From a virus: DNA of 64,000 bases. The notes below the pieces were generated by a model. It did no database searches. It saw only the letters and a list, made by a program, of their open reading frames with translations, and was not told the DNA's origin. Positions 45,875 to 56,663 of this stretch are shown here, piece after piece. The number at the start of each line of letters is the position of its first letter. Positions within the stretch are counted from its first letter, which is position 1. The stretch covers positions 32,001 through 96,000 of IMG/VR virus record IMGVR_UViG_3300005077_000003. One strand, written 5' to 3'. The position numbers were made by a program, and so were the translations under genes.

Positions 45875-48800
45875 TGGCCAGGCAAGGAGAAGAGCCTAGG
45901 TATACTGGTCCACGCGAGGGTGAACTAGAAGCCTATAATGCAGAAGTAGATCAGGCCAATGAGCGTGATGCTAGTTGGCTAGCCAAAATAGCTATAATAG
46001 GTTTTGGTACACACGTACTAGGAAGGGCAGTTGGGCGAAATATAATTGCTGATATTATCCACACTGGTGGATTAATGTCCAAGTGGGCTGGCGGCCTCTA
46101 TAAGAGAAAAGGCAAATCTTTATTAAGACCAGAAGTATACAATAGAGTTGCTAGGGCTATTGATGATAATAGTGGCGTTTCTGGTGAGGTAATAAAAAGA
46201 ACCTGGGAAGGTTCAAACCTAGAAGAAATAGAGGGCGTAAGAAGGCTAATAGAGATGTCCTCTATTATAGGGGATCCTAAAAATATTACTTCCCGCCCTA
46301 GACTAATAGAGTTTTTTAAAGAAGAGCTCGCCAGAGATGCGCGGGTTCTTCAAAGACCAACACCTTTACAAAAAGAAATGTCGCATAGCCTAGATAGGCT
46401 AACCTTTGGTGACATTCTAGAAAATGAATCATATTTCTTTAGACCAAAAGAAATAGCAAAGTCATACCAAATAGAATCTATTAATCTTGCAATAGATCAA
46501 GGGCTTATAACAAAAGAAACAGTAGTAGGACCAAAACTATTTAAGCGCCTCGATAAACAAGGCAAGTTTGCATCACTAATAGATTTAAGACTTACTGATC
46601 CAAGATATGCACTTGAAAGTGCAGCTAAAATAGTTGGCGACGTAGCTGGTATATTTAGGGGTTTCGCGTCTTTATTTGGTAATGCCAGAACATTAGCTGA
46701 ACTACCAAGCGAGCATCCAGGTGGACCGCTAAGGGTATTTATAAAAGGACAAGCCGATTCTGCCGTAGCACCGCGCAGACCAACAATAAAAGGTCCATGG
46801 AATGATGCAGATGTATTAGCTTTTGATATAGAGACAAACAAAGCCAAAGCAATTAATGATGTAACAAAATTGCATATGGTTTCTATCGCCGCCAAAGAGA
46901 AGGGCGGAGCATGGAAGAGCTATACATTCTGGGATGATACTGCAGTAACCCACCCTGATGTTGTAAGATCTGGCAGTATACAAGACGCCTTAGATATACT
47001 AGAGGCTCATAAGGGTACATTATTTGGCCATAAGATTTTAGATTTTGACTTACCCGTAATTAAAAACTTACGCGGTGGGCTTACTATAGAAAGCGGCGCA
47101 GAAATAAGGGATACACTAGAAATGTCCCACGTTGCTTTTGGTACCTTTAAATCTGGAAAGCTACGCGAGATAGACAGACTAGCAGCTATAGGAAAAGAAC
47201 AAGAGTTCTCTGGACAAGTTCTTCATAAAATACCAAGCGAAATGAGGGGGAGACATTCCCTAGAAGCTTGGGGGCAAAGGCTTGGTAAAACTGCAAAACT
47301 GGAATATAAGGGCGACTGGTAAGCCCTAACGCCAGATATGCTTAAGTATGGATCGCATGATCCAGTAGTAACTGGTGACCTATTTGACTTTCTCAAAACA
47401 CTAGCTAAACCAACACATAAAGAAGTAAGCGCCACTGCTTCTATTGCTAAAAAAGCAGAAGACATTAAAGGAAGTGTCGGTAGAGTATATGAGTTTGTTG
47501 GTGATGAGCCTCCAAAACTAGTAGAATCTGGTGTTCGTCTTGGAGAAACCGGAGATATATTGTTCAAGCCTTCTGTTCTTAGAAAGCTCCATAGAGAAGG
47601 CAAATTAGAATCTATTTATACAAAACCCGGCCCTAATGCTACTTGGCTCCAAAAGTTACAACACAAGGCTGGTATAGGACCAGAATTCCAAGAGCGACCT
47701 GGTGGCTTTGTTCAAACACTATTAAGAGCAGTTAGGTCTATAAAGGCAATACATACTGGTGAAGCAAAGTTTGCTGGTAAAAGATATAAATCTAGTCCAA
47801 GCTCATTATTAAACGTTGTAGCTGGCAGCACAATACCACTAGAGGAAAGACTGCCTGAATATATTTCTCGTGGTAAATATTATAAACAAGCCGGTGAGCC
47901 AATAAAACCCGGGTTCTTTGATAGGATCAAAGCATACTTAGGGATATCTGAAGACGTAGATATAGTAAAAGCATCAGCTTTTGAGCCAGGTCGTATGCAA
48001 ATAGAAGCAGCAGATCTGCTAATCCCTCCAAAAACAGGTGGATTAAAACCACTTACTAAATCAGCATATTCTGCTACAGAAAAAACAATTGGCCCAACTG
48101 GAACGTTATCAGCCAGAAGAACTTCAGAATTTTATACTTCTAGTGCCAATCCTATAGATAAGCTATATGATTTTGCAAACTATTTAACAATAAGATTAAA
48201 TACATTAGCTAGCAGCCAAATGCTTGGCATAGGATACCGCGCATCAGGTAGCCTTACTGCTAATGCATTAAGATTGGCGGCAATCCCAGCAATATATATA
48301 GCTGGTACTGAAGCAATAAAATATGCTGATTATGAAATAGGCGAGCTAACAGGAGTCCGCCCATCATTCTTGGTATCAGATTTATATACTAAAGCTAGAG
48401 TACTACAACAGCAAGCAAGAGAAACCACTGGAATACGTAAAGGGGCAGAGACATTTGAGCTTACTTTCCCAGGCATAAGTGCCGGCCTAGCAGGAACAGG
48501 GCTAGCAGCCTTAGGCGCATTTGCTACCCTAAAAGGCACTGGATCATTTAAAGCCGCAGCTGCTGCTGGCGCCGCCATTTATTCATTGATAGGCGGCCCA
48601 GATGTAGCTCAAAAGCCAAAAGAATTAGAAGAGGAATATGAAGGCATACGCAAAGTGCCAGTAAGGTCATCTTCCTATTGGTTACTGGGATACGCTCCTT
48701 TTATTGGCGGCCACATAACCCACCATGAGCCAAGTTGGTATGTAAAACACAAATCGCAAGCGTATAAAACAAATATATATGGATCTGAAAAAGAATATTG

Positions 48801-51243
48801 GTCCAGCGGCACATTCTTACCAACGCCACAAAATTGGTTTGGTTTAAAAAATATAATTGATCCATATAAATTAGAAAGGGAAAACTACTACAGAAGGCCA
48901 TACCCTACTACTGCTGGCTGGGGAGAAGAGTTCCCAATTATTGGCCCATTAGTAGCAGATACAATAGGTGAGATATTTAAGCCTCGTGTAAGAATGCATG
49001 AGGAAGACAACCAACGTGTTGTAATAAGCAACTTACAACAAAGAGGTGCGCCAAAAGATATTGCATCATATCTCGGTATACCAGAATTGCCAGTATCAAT
49101 TGTAGAATATGGCAAACCTGAAGTATTAAGAGAAAGGCTTAAAAAATATGCAAATGTCGCTTTAGAGCCTGCTGGTATATGGAAGTTTGCTTTACAATAC
49201 TTTGGTATTAGTTTTGACGAAGGATATGAGGAAGCTACTGCTTCTAATATGGGATCCATATCAAGAAGATTCTATGAAGCAAACCTGGGCGGGGCATTCG
49301 GAGAAAGTGAATTCCTTAGGCGCTTCCTACTATCTGATTATGGTAGGGCTTCAAAGTTCAACCAACAATTAAATCCAATACCAAACTATCTTCCTAGATG
49401 GCTACCTGGATCATTAAGCAACTTCGAAGAAGACAGAGCTGCATTCTATGATTTTTCTCTTGGAGATGCATATACCAAGATACAAGGCGGGGAATATAAT
49501 TTACCTGGTGTTGGATATGAAAGCTATACTCCGCTACACGGTAAAGAAGCAGAAAGAGAAGAAGAGAAAATTAAATTTACTGCTAGAGTAGTTAAAGTAG
49601 TTGACGCTGATACTGTTGATATATCAATTAATGGCGGCAGACAGCGTATACGTCTAGCAGAAACTATGGCTCCAGAGAAGAATACGACAGAAGGTCAAAT
49701 TGCTATAGCAGCAATGAAATCTTTGTTGTCTCCTGGTGACAATATAACAGTAGAAACTACAAGAGACGAATTTGATTCTGGTGAATCTCAAGGCCCTTAC
49801 GGACGGACTATCGCGCGTATTTGGAAGAATGGCCTGTCTATTAATAGGGCAATGGTAGACTCTGGACACGCTACACAAATAGATTCAAGCTATGATGCAG
49901 TAGACAGATTCTTAATACTATCCAATATAGCACCATTCTCAAGAGCTTACAAAGATGCAGAACGCCAAGTTCGCCATATGCATCTTACAGAAGATTGGCA
50001 GGCCAGGGTTAATGCTGCCTATGAAGAAAGAGAGGCAAAAGTAGATAGGTTAGGGCTAAAAAAGTACCTACAAGAAGAAGCCGAAGCAGCTAAATTAAGT
50101 CCTCAACTAAGAGTCATAAGAAGTACATATCAATCTGTACATGAGAATCTACTTTCAGAAATACCAATAGTTGGATCAAAGTTTTTCCCAAAAAGAAATC
50201 CAGTTGATTTATATAGGAAGTTTGAAGTAGAAGGATCTGGCTTTGCAAACTGGGAAGAGCCATATGAAACCATATTACGCCCAGCTATATATGATATAAT
50301 TGGAAACAACCCAGTAATAGCTACAGCAAAAGCAGGTGGTTTAACTTGGCTAGCATCATCCTCTATGGGTAAATGGCTAAATCCAATAAGCGCCTTAGCA
50401 TATCCAGCAAATAGAGCTGCCACAATAGCAAGTGCCGCCGCAGTAGGTGGCGCGTTGTCAACTACAAGAATGGTTGCTACCGGCAAACTGGAAGGAGGAT
50501 TTACCCCGCCTCATATTGAAGAAGAGAGAGAAGTAGAAGAATATTTTGATCAACTAAAATATTTAAAGCATAGAAACTTAGAAGAAGCCGCTAATGATGA
50601 ACAGGCATACCATGTAGCAAACTATGCTAAAAAGCAATCGCGCAAAACATTGTTATATGGTCTACATGCACTAGAAACTAAAGGAAATATATTTGCTTAT
50701 AAAGGAGCACTTAAATCTAAAGAGAGGGCTTACTTTGAGGCCTTTGTAGAGGCTCCAGAAGAGGACAGGAGTGACATCCTATCAATGACCCCTGACCATA
50801 TGAAACGCGCGCTGGAAGCAATATGGGACCGCCAGCGTAAAGATAGACCGCCCGTAGAAGAACAGGCAGAACAATACTGGGATAAACATGCTATGCCAAA
50901 GCCGACGTGGATAGGTTGGCACCCAGATATTGATGATGATGAGGTAAGAATAAAAGCTATTGAGGGTGGCATAAATGGTATTTCTGATAATTTACAAAGA
51001 TTTGGTTATTTCCCCTCACAAAGAAGAGAAGTAAAAGCCAGATTTGGCTACCTTACTTCGCCAGTAGATGATATACATCCAGCAAGTAAAACATTTGAAT
51101 TACCATGGAAAGTTAAGAAGAGAGGAGGAAATATACTTAGCGAGTTCAATTTTGGTGCTGGCGCTGCAATTAATTTATCTAATATTAATATATCAGATGA
51201 TCGCAGTGAAGAGATAGCCTATTTTGCTAATTATATTAGATAA
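45874..51243 (+). CDS. tape-measure-like giant virion protein with embedded DEDDy exonuclease and SNase-like domains; one in-frame TAA at 47320-47322
   Basis: ORFs 45874-47322 and 47338-51243 are in the same frame; the stop falls inside the exonuclease domain and there is no SD before 47338. Confidence 0.75.
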
Positions 51244-54200
51244 TGAGTATAATAAATGAAATTATAGCATCCCTGATAGGTGATGAAGGGAAAGCTGCAA
51301 TAGGCTATGCTTCAGTAAGCACGAACAGGGTTAGACCTGCTCTAGACAAAGTAGGCATAGAGGCATCTCTTGGCAGTACCAGAGTAAAGTCTATTAGGGC
51401 AAAACAGTACTTGACTACTGATTTTGGTGAGTCTAGAACAGCGTCTACTTTAGTAAAACAGATTGGCATTAAAATGCCAGAGACGCTTACTTCTGTTATT
51501 GGGAAAACAACAGAAGAAAATATACCAAAAGCTCTGTTTGTATACGACGTAGAATTCTTTAAGAGAGCTGCTCTACAAACTGGCGCTAGGCCAAAAAGTG
51601 GTATGGCGCATCTTATAGATGTAAAGCAATTAGTTTTACAAACACTTCCAGAGCTTGCTCCCCAAAACACAAGGATTGAGAACGTATATAGGGCACTGGG
51701 GTTAAGGGGCATAAGCATCCCCGAAGGTAGGGAATTTTTTACAAATAAAGAACGCCTTCAAGCAGTAGAAGAAATAGTACAAGAGGTTTTTTCAAGATCT
51801 CCTGTAGAAGCAAAAAGATTTTTAGAAAGATCTGTCGGACGCCGCTTTGGGATAAATCCACTTGATAAGTATGCCTCATTAATTGATGAGCACCCTTTAC
51901 AAAAGCTTATTGGCCCGGAAACGCTTAACGTAATCCCAGTTAAGAATAAGCTAAAGTCAACTGTACATGTAAGCAACCTAAAATCTCTTAATGAGGGATT
52001 AGTACCGATATTAGAATCTAGGTTTGGGAAACCATTTGCGGAAACATTCAAAACCTTTTCGCATAGATTATTTGAAAGCGTTGACCGCCCAGGAGACGTA
52101 TCCTTCTTACTAACAGGCGGCAATAGACTATTTGTTGGTGTTACTGGTGTAGCCAGTACATACGAAGAGCTTCCTACCCAAATAGGCGGCCTTATAGGCT
52201 ATAAAGGCAAACTGGCTTCTGCGCGCAATATTCTTATAGAGTCAAAAGAAGAAGGCGTTAAAGGAGTAAAAACACTAACAGAAGCTTTCTTTGATGAATT
52301 CATTAAGGGCGTAGAAGAGTATGGAGAAGGTGGTAAGAACGTTACCGCCGCCTTAGAAAAAGGTAGAAAACAAGCTCTTGGTACAGAGCTTTTACCAGGC
52401 TTAAGATTCAAAGATATCAAGGGAGCAGTATCCACATATGGCGATATAAGTTTCCATCAAGCTGCATATATGCAGCACTCTCTTGTAGTTGGCAAAGAGT
52501 CTATGCCACTGCTAGATGAGGAGATTAGGGAAGCTTCACTTAAGGCACAAACATTCCAGGTTACTAAGGAAAGTACTACAGAAAGACTATTAAAAGCACA
52601 AGAAGCAGATCTCGCTAAGCTTGAAGCCAAAGGTATAGAACTCCAAAAAATAACTGGAAGTGATGTTACCATAGGCAAAGAAGGGTATGAAATGATAAGC
52701 AATAAAACAGGCTTATCATTAGCCCCATACTCTTCAATAAGATCATATTTCCCTCCTGGTGCACAAACAGAAAGAGATCTATCAAAGGGAGCCTATCAAC
52801 TAGGTGGTATCAAGGAGACGTGGGAGCCACTAAGACATAGAGTTTTAGAACTTACCAGAAGAAGGCTAGGTCTCACAAGTGCACATCCAGTAGGTACTAC
52901 AATAGGAGTAGTGTCCGAAGAGCAGACTATGCACCAAATGCTTAAGTCTGCTACTGGGAAAGCTGTGATCGAAAAGCCGCTACTTATGTGGCAAGGCTTA
53001 ACCACAGTAGTAGCTCCAGGAGAAAGCCTAAAAGTAAGGAGCATGCTTGGTGATCAAGGTGCTATACTTACTCCTATAGGAAGATTATCTACTCAGAAAA
53101 GAAGAGCACTAGTAGGTACTGAAGCCGCGCTCAATGCGAGCGATTTAATAGATACTATTCGCACCCTTGCTGGGGTAAGAAAAGGAGAAGAATTACCTAA
53201 ACAGTGGAGCAATATATTAGAAAAAGCTCTACAGCAACAAGAGGTCTCTATTAGAGATATTGGCGAAGGTATAAAAATAAAAGGGAAAAGCTCTCTTGTT
53301 CCAAGGGGTGCAGAAGTACTTACTGGCATCTCATATGACGACTGGAATAAAGTATATAAATTTAATTGGAAGACCAAAGCAGGTAGCACATTAACAGAAG
53401 CCTTATTACTAGACAATCAAAGAATAACAGCTAGCGTAGCTGGTGAGTCTTTTCTAGAAGAGCTATTCGGAACTAAAGCCCTAAGAAGTGATATAATCAC
53501 TTCTTCTGAAACCTTTGCAAAAGCAGGTAAAGCCAATATACTTTATACACATATGCTTGGTCTGCTTGGCACCGAAAAGCTACAAAAAGCTGGTGGTGTA
53601 GCAAGGTTCTTAAGGTTATATGAAAAGCATGGCGGTAAGGGATTAGAAAGGGTAGGCAGAAAACAGCAGATCATAGCGACTTCTGAATTTTCATTTAAAA
53701 ACTTCCTTAGCCAAGGTGCTATAGAAGGGCCTGCTGAAAAAGCTCTATCTGAAATGGGCGCATCAGTAGCGCAAATATATGGACTTGCTAAAAGCTCTAC
53801 AGAGTATGGGGAGAGTATATATGAACTTTTCCCGCAAGCTATTAAGCCTGGTCCTAAAGGACCAGAAGTAAAAGGCACTATTTTAGATGAAATAGGAGCA
53901 AAAACTCTTCCTACTTTAGAGGAGCTTAGAGAGGTATCTATGAAAAGCAATATGTTTGCTTTCATAACCAATATGGCAAATAGAACCTCTGAAGTAACTG
54001 ACTTCTTAAATTCTGAAAAGTCATTTAGAATGAGACTCTTTACTTTGCATCAAATGGGTCAATCTCTACCAACTATGTTTGGCCTAGAAAATCCAATGCA
54101 ACATCCTATATATAGGATGGAAATAGAACATCTACAAGAAAGTGTGCCGGGATTAATCTTGAATCCTAACGCCAAAGCAGCTATTGGGAAACCAGGAGGA

Positions 54201-56663
54201 GAAGCTTTCGTAAAACAATTACCAAGAGACATTAAAAATGTGGCATATGCACTCAAATTACCTGCTCTTGAAAAGCTGAAAGTACGTGGCGGCAAAAAAT
54301 ATTTTAAAGGTGTAGAGGTATTAACAAGACAAGAGGCCGCAGAAAGATTCATAAATGCTCCTGGCGGTATAAATGTACAAATGTTAGAAGGAGAAATGAG
54401 TGCCAAAGAGCTTTTTGAAAAAGAGCTCTTAAGAAAGGAAAGACCCGGGTTCTTCCTTCATACTGGAGATACGCCATGGTTTGCGCCAGAAAACCTCGAA
54501 GCAGAAGGCAAAGTTATGAAGGCCTTGCCAGTTAGGGGTACATATATACCGTCTGGTGAAGAACTAAGAAGAATGATAGGACAAGGGGAATTTCCAAGAG
54601 GATCTCTGCTGCATTCTATGGTATCATTGCTACAGCAACCTAATGCAGTATATGGAGCCAAAGAACCTAGCGCAGCAACTAGTGTTACAGTAAGAGGTGC
54701 ATTTGAAAATGTATGGAGGTGGTGGGCTAAAGCTGGAGCAAAAGGCGGCTATTTCCATGAAACTAAGCTTACTAGCAAAAAAATGCCTGGCTCTGCCAGG
54801 GTCAGGCTAACACAGAAAATAGCAAGTAATCGTTCAGAGTTTAATCTTATAAACTCTATGGAGGACATTTATTCCGTTAAAATACAGAAAGATACTCTCC
54901 ATAAAATGGCAAAAGAAATTGCAATAGCTGAGGGTGCAAAAACTCCAGAAGAATTACTTGCAATAGAGGAAGACCTTATTGAAAAAGCATCAAAAGGAAA
55001 ACTATATGGCGCAGTTACGCCAAGACCTCAACATGCTCCATCACATCAAAGGCTGGTAAAATTACAACTTATAAAAGAAGAGGTTACAAAGAAATTAATA
55101 TATGCTGATCAGGCTACTGCAGGAGTTAGTCCATACTTGGCACACGAACTAAGTAGAGACTTTGACAAGGACGCAATAGAAGTTGCAATAATAAGAGCTA
55201 GGCATCTCAAAGGAACTGTCGACCCAGAAGAACTTATAAAGAAGCAGTATGAGATGTCTGCATCACAAAGGAAGCAGTTTGATAGACTAAAAATAGAAGC
55301 AGATAAAGCTCTTTCCACTATAGAAGAAACATTGGAAGGGGCAACAAAAATAGAACAAAAACAGCTGCTAAATAAATATGCGCTAAAGTACTTTGCATTT
55401 GGTAGGACCCCGGCCCTATCACAAGTAGGCTCTTGGACAACCCTTGCATTTGCTCAAAAGATAGCTGATACGGCTACTAGTGAAAAACAAATTGCTGAAG
55501 AGCTAAATAGATTGTTTACAATTTCTGCTGGCGGTGAATATACAGAAGGAATCATACAAAGATATAGAGATATTTTAGGAGAAGGGTCCGAAGCTGGATT
55601 TGCTGGTAGAGTAGAGCGCGCCATAGAAATGTATAGAACTCCATTCCAAGGCGCTCTTACAAAAGCAGGAGAGATTAAAGACTTGCTTGATGATTTCCTA
55701 AATATTCCCGGCATTATTAAAGAAAGAGCAGAATCTTATGTAGTTGGTAAGGAAAAACCATTAATAGAAGAAACCATAAGTATGGTTGAAGAATATCTAA
55801 CTAAAGCCCTTGGAGCTACAGATGAGGAAGTTCTTGGAAATATAGCCACAGGATATGGAGAATACTACGTAAGAGAGGCAGCAAAATCAGCAACTAGTGG
55901 AGTCAAGAAAGCCATCACCAGATTAGCGGCAGAAGATCTTGGCACCGTTATAGGCGTTTCTGCTATTGCAATGCAGAGACATCACGGCGGGAGAGTAATA
56001 GGTAACCCAATGAGAGACGCTTTCCAAAAAGTAAAAGGATCAATGGCGTCTCTGTGGTCGTTTGTTACTGGTGAACCAGTTCAAAATATTAGAGAGTCCA
56101 TGGTAGAAATTGCTATGGAACATAGCGATAGATCTGCTGAAGAACTTGGCGAAAAAGCTGCCAAGGTCATGGAAAAGACCATAGACAAAGCAACCACTAA
56201 AGCCAGCAATATTCTGAAAGATTCAGAAGTACTAAATGATATCTCTGCGAAGATGAAAGGTAAGTGGGGATTAGTTGCTGGTATAGCTGCCGGGCTATTT
56301 GTTTTGCGAGAGTTAAGCGGAATAGTTTCTGATGTTGGCGGGTTTGCCGGCGGTAGTGCTCCTATCCCAAGACAGCCACTGCTGTCATTCCCAGAAGTGC
56401 ATAATTTATTCGATAGCCAACAACCTACTGCCAACGTAATGCCGGTTGAAGGATATAACTCTTCACTAAACTATCAAGGTGGTGGCTATCAAGATGTTGA
56501 AGATATCACAGATAATCTAGGTGAAATCACAAATAGAGGTGCCAACTTCTCTAATATAAATATCAGAGATAGCAGAAAATACTCTAGTAATTTTGCTATG
56601 TCACAAGCATACAAGAAACAGGGTGTTAGTGATTTTACACACCAATATCAATATAATCAGTAA
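51243..56663 (+). CDS. 1806-aa giant virion protein, candidate single-chain two-barrel RNA polymerase
   Basis: KGGYFHETKLTSKKMPGSARVRL and GVSPYLAHELSRDFDKDAIEV resemble beta-prime motifs; upstream beta-like segments. Confidence 0.65.
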   Translation: MSIINEIIASLIGDEGKAAIGYASVSTNRVRPALDKVGIEASLGSTRVKSIRAKQYLTTDFGESRTASTLVKQIGIKMPETLTSVIGKTTEENIPKALFVYDVEFFKRAALQTGARPKSGMAHLIDVKQLVLQTLPELAPQNTRIENVYRALGLRGISIPEGREFFTNKERLQAVEEIVQEVFSRSPVEAKRFLERSVGRRFGINPLDKYASLIDEHPLQKLIGPETLNVIPVKNKLKSTVHVSNLKSLNEGLVPILESRFGKPFAETFKTFSHRLFESVDRPGDVSFLLTGGNRLFVGVTGVASTYEELPTQIGGLIGYKGKLASARNILIESKEEGVKGVKTLTEAFFDEFIKGVEEYGEGGKNVTAALEKGRKQALGTELLPGLRFKDIKGAVSTYGDISFHQAAYMQHSLVVGKESMPLLDEEIREASLKAQTFQVTKESTTERLLKAQEADLAKLEAKGIELQKITGSDVTIGKEGYEMISNKTGLSLAPYSSIRSYFPPGAQTERDLSKGAYQLGGIKETWEPLRHRVLELTRRRLGLTSAHPVGTTIGVVSEEQTMHQMLKSATGKAVIEKPLLMWQGLTTVVAPGESLKVRSMLGDQGAILTPIGRLSTQKRRALVGTEAALNASDLIDTIRTLAGVRKGEELPKQWSNILEKALQQQEVSIRDIGEGIKIKGKSSLVPRGAEVLTGISYDDWNKVYKFNWKTKAGSTLTEALLLDNQRITASVAGESFLEELFGTKALRSDIITSSETFAKAGKANILYTHMLGLLGTEKLQKAGGVARFLRLYEKHGGKGLERVGRKQQIIATSEFSFKNFLSQGAIEGPAEKALSEMGASVAQIYGLAKSSTEYGESIYELFPQAIKPGPKGPEVKGTILDEIGAKTLPTLEELREVSMKSNMFAFITNMANRTSEVTDFLNSEKSFRMRLFTLHQMGQSLPTMFGLENPMQHPIYRMEIEHLQESVPGLILNPNAKAAIGKPGGEAFVKQLPRDIKNVAYALKLPALEKLKVRGGKKYFKGVEVLTRQEAAERFINAPGGINVQMLEGEMSAKELFEKELLRKERPGFFLHTGDTPWFAPENLEAEGKVMKALPVRGTYIPSGEELRRMIGQGEFPRGSLLHSMVSLLQQPNAVYGAKEPSAATSVTVRGAFENVWRWWAKAGAKGGYFHETKLTSKKMPGSARVRLTQKIASNRSEFNLINSMEDIYSVKIQKDTLHKMAKEIAIAEGAKTPEELLAIEEDLIEKASKGKLYGAVTPRPQHAPSHQRLVKLQLIKEEVTKKLIYADQATAGVSPYLAHELSRDFDKDAIEVAIIRARHLKGTVDPEELIKKQYEMSASQRKQFDRLKIEADKALSTIEETLEGATKIEQKQLLNKYALKYFAFGRTPALSQVGSWTTLAFAQKIADTATSEKQIAEELNRLFTISAGGEYTEGIIQRYRDILGEGSEAGFAGRVERAIEMYRTPFQGALTKAGEIKDLLDDFLNIPGIIKERAESYVVGKEKPLIEETISMVEEYLTKALGATDEEVLGNIATGYGEYYVREAAKSATSGVKKAITRLAAEDLGTVIGVSAIAMQRHHGGRVIGNPMRDAFQKVKGSMASLWSFVTGEPVQNIRESMVEIAMEHSDRSAEELGEKAAKVMEKTIDKATTKASNILKDSEVLNDISAKMKGKWGLVAGIAAGLFVLRELSGIVSDVGGFAGGSAPIPRQPLLSFPEVHNLFDSQQPTANVMPVEGYNSSLNYQGGGYQDVEDITDNLGEITNRGANFSNINIRDSRKYSSNFAMSQAYKKQGVSDFTHQYQYNQ

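Noticed and set aside
45874-51243. Genome-wide stop-codon reassignment explaining the in-frame TAA
   Set aside because: TAA, TAG and TGA all end tightly coupled genes elsewhere (many TAATG overlaps), and other long genes are uninterrupted
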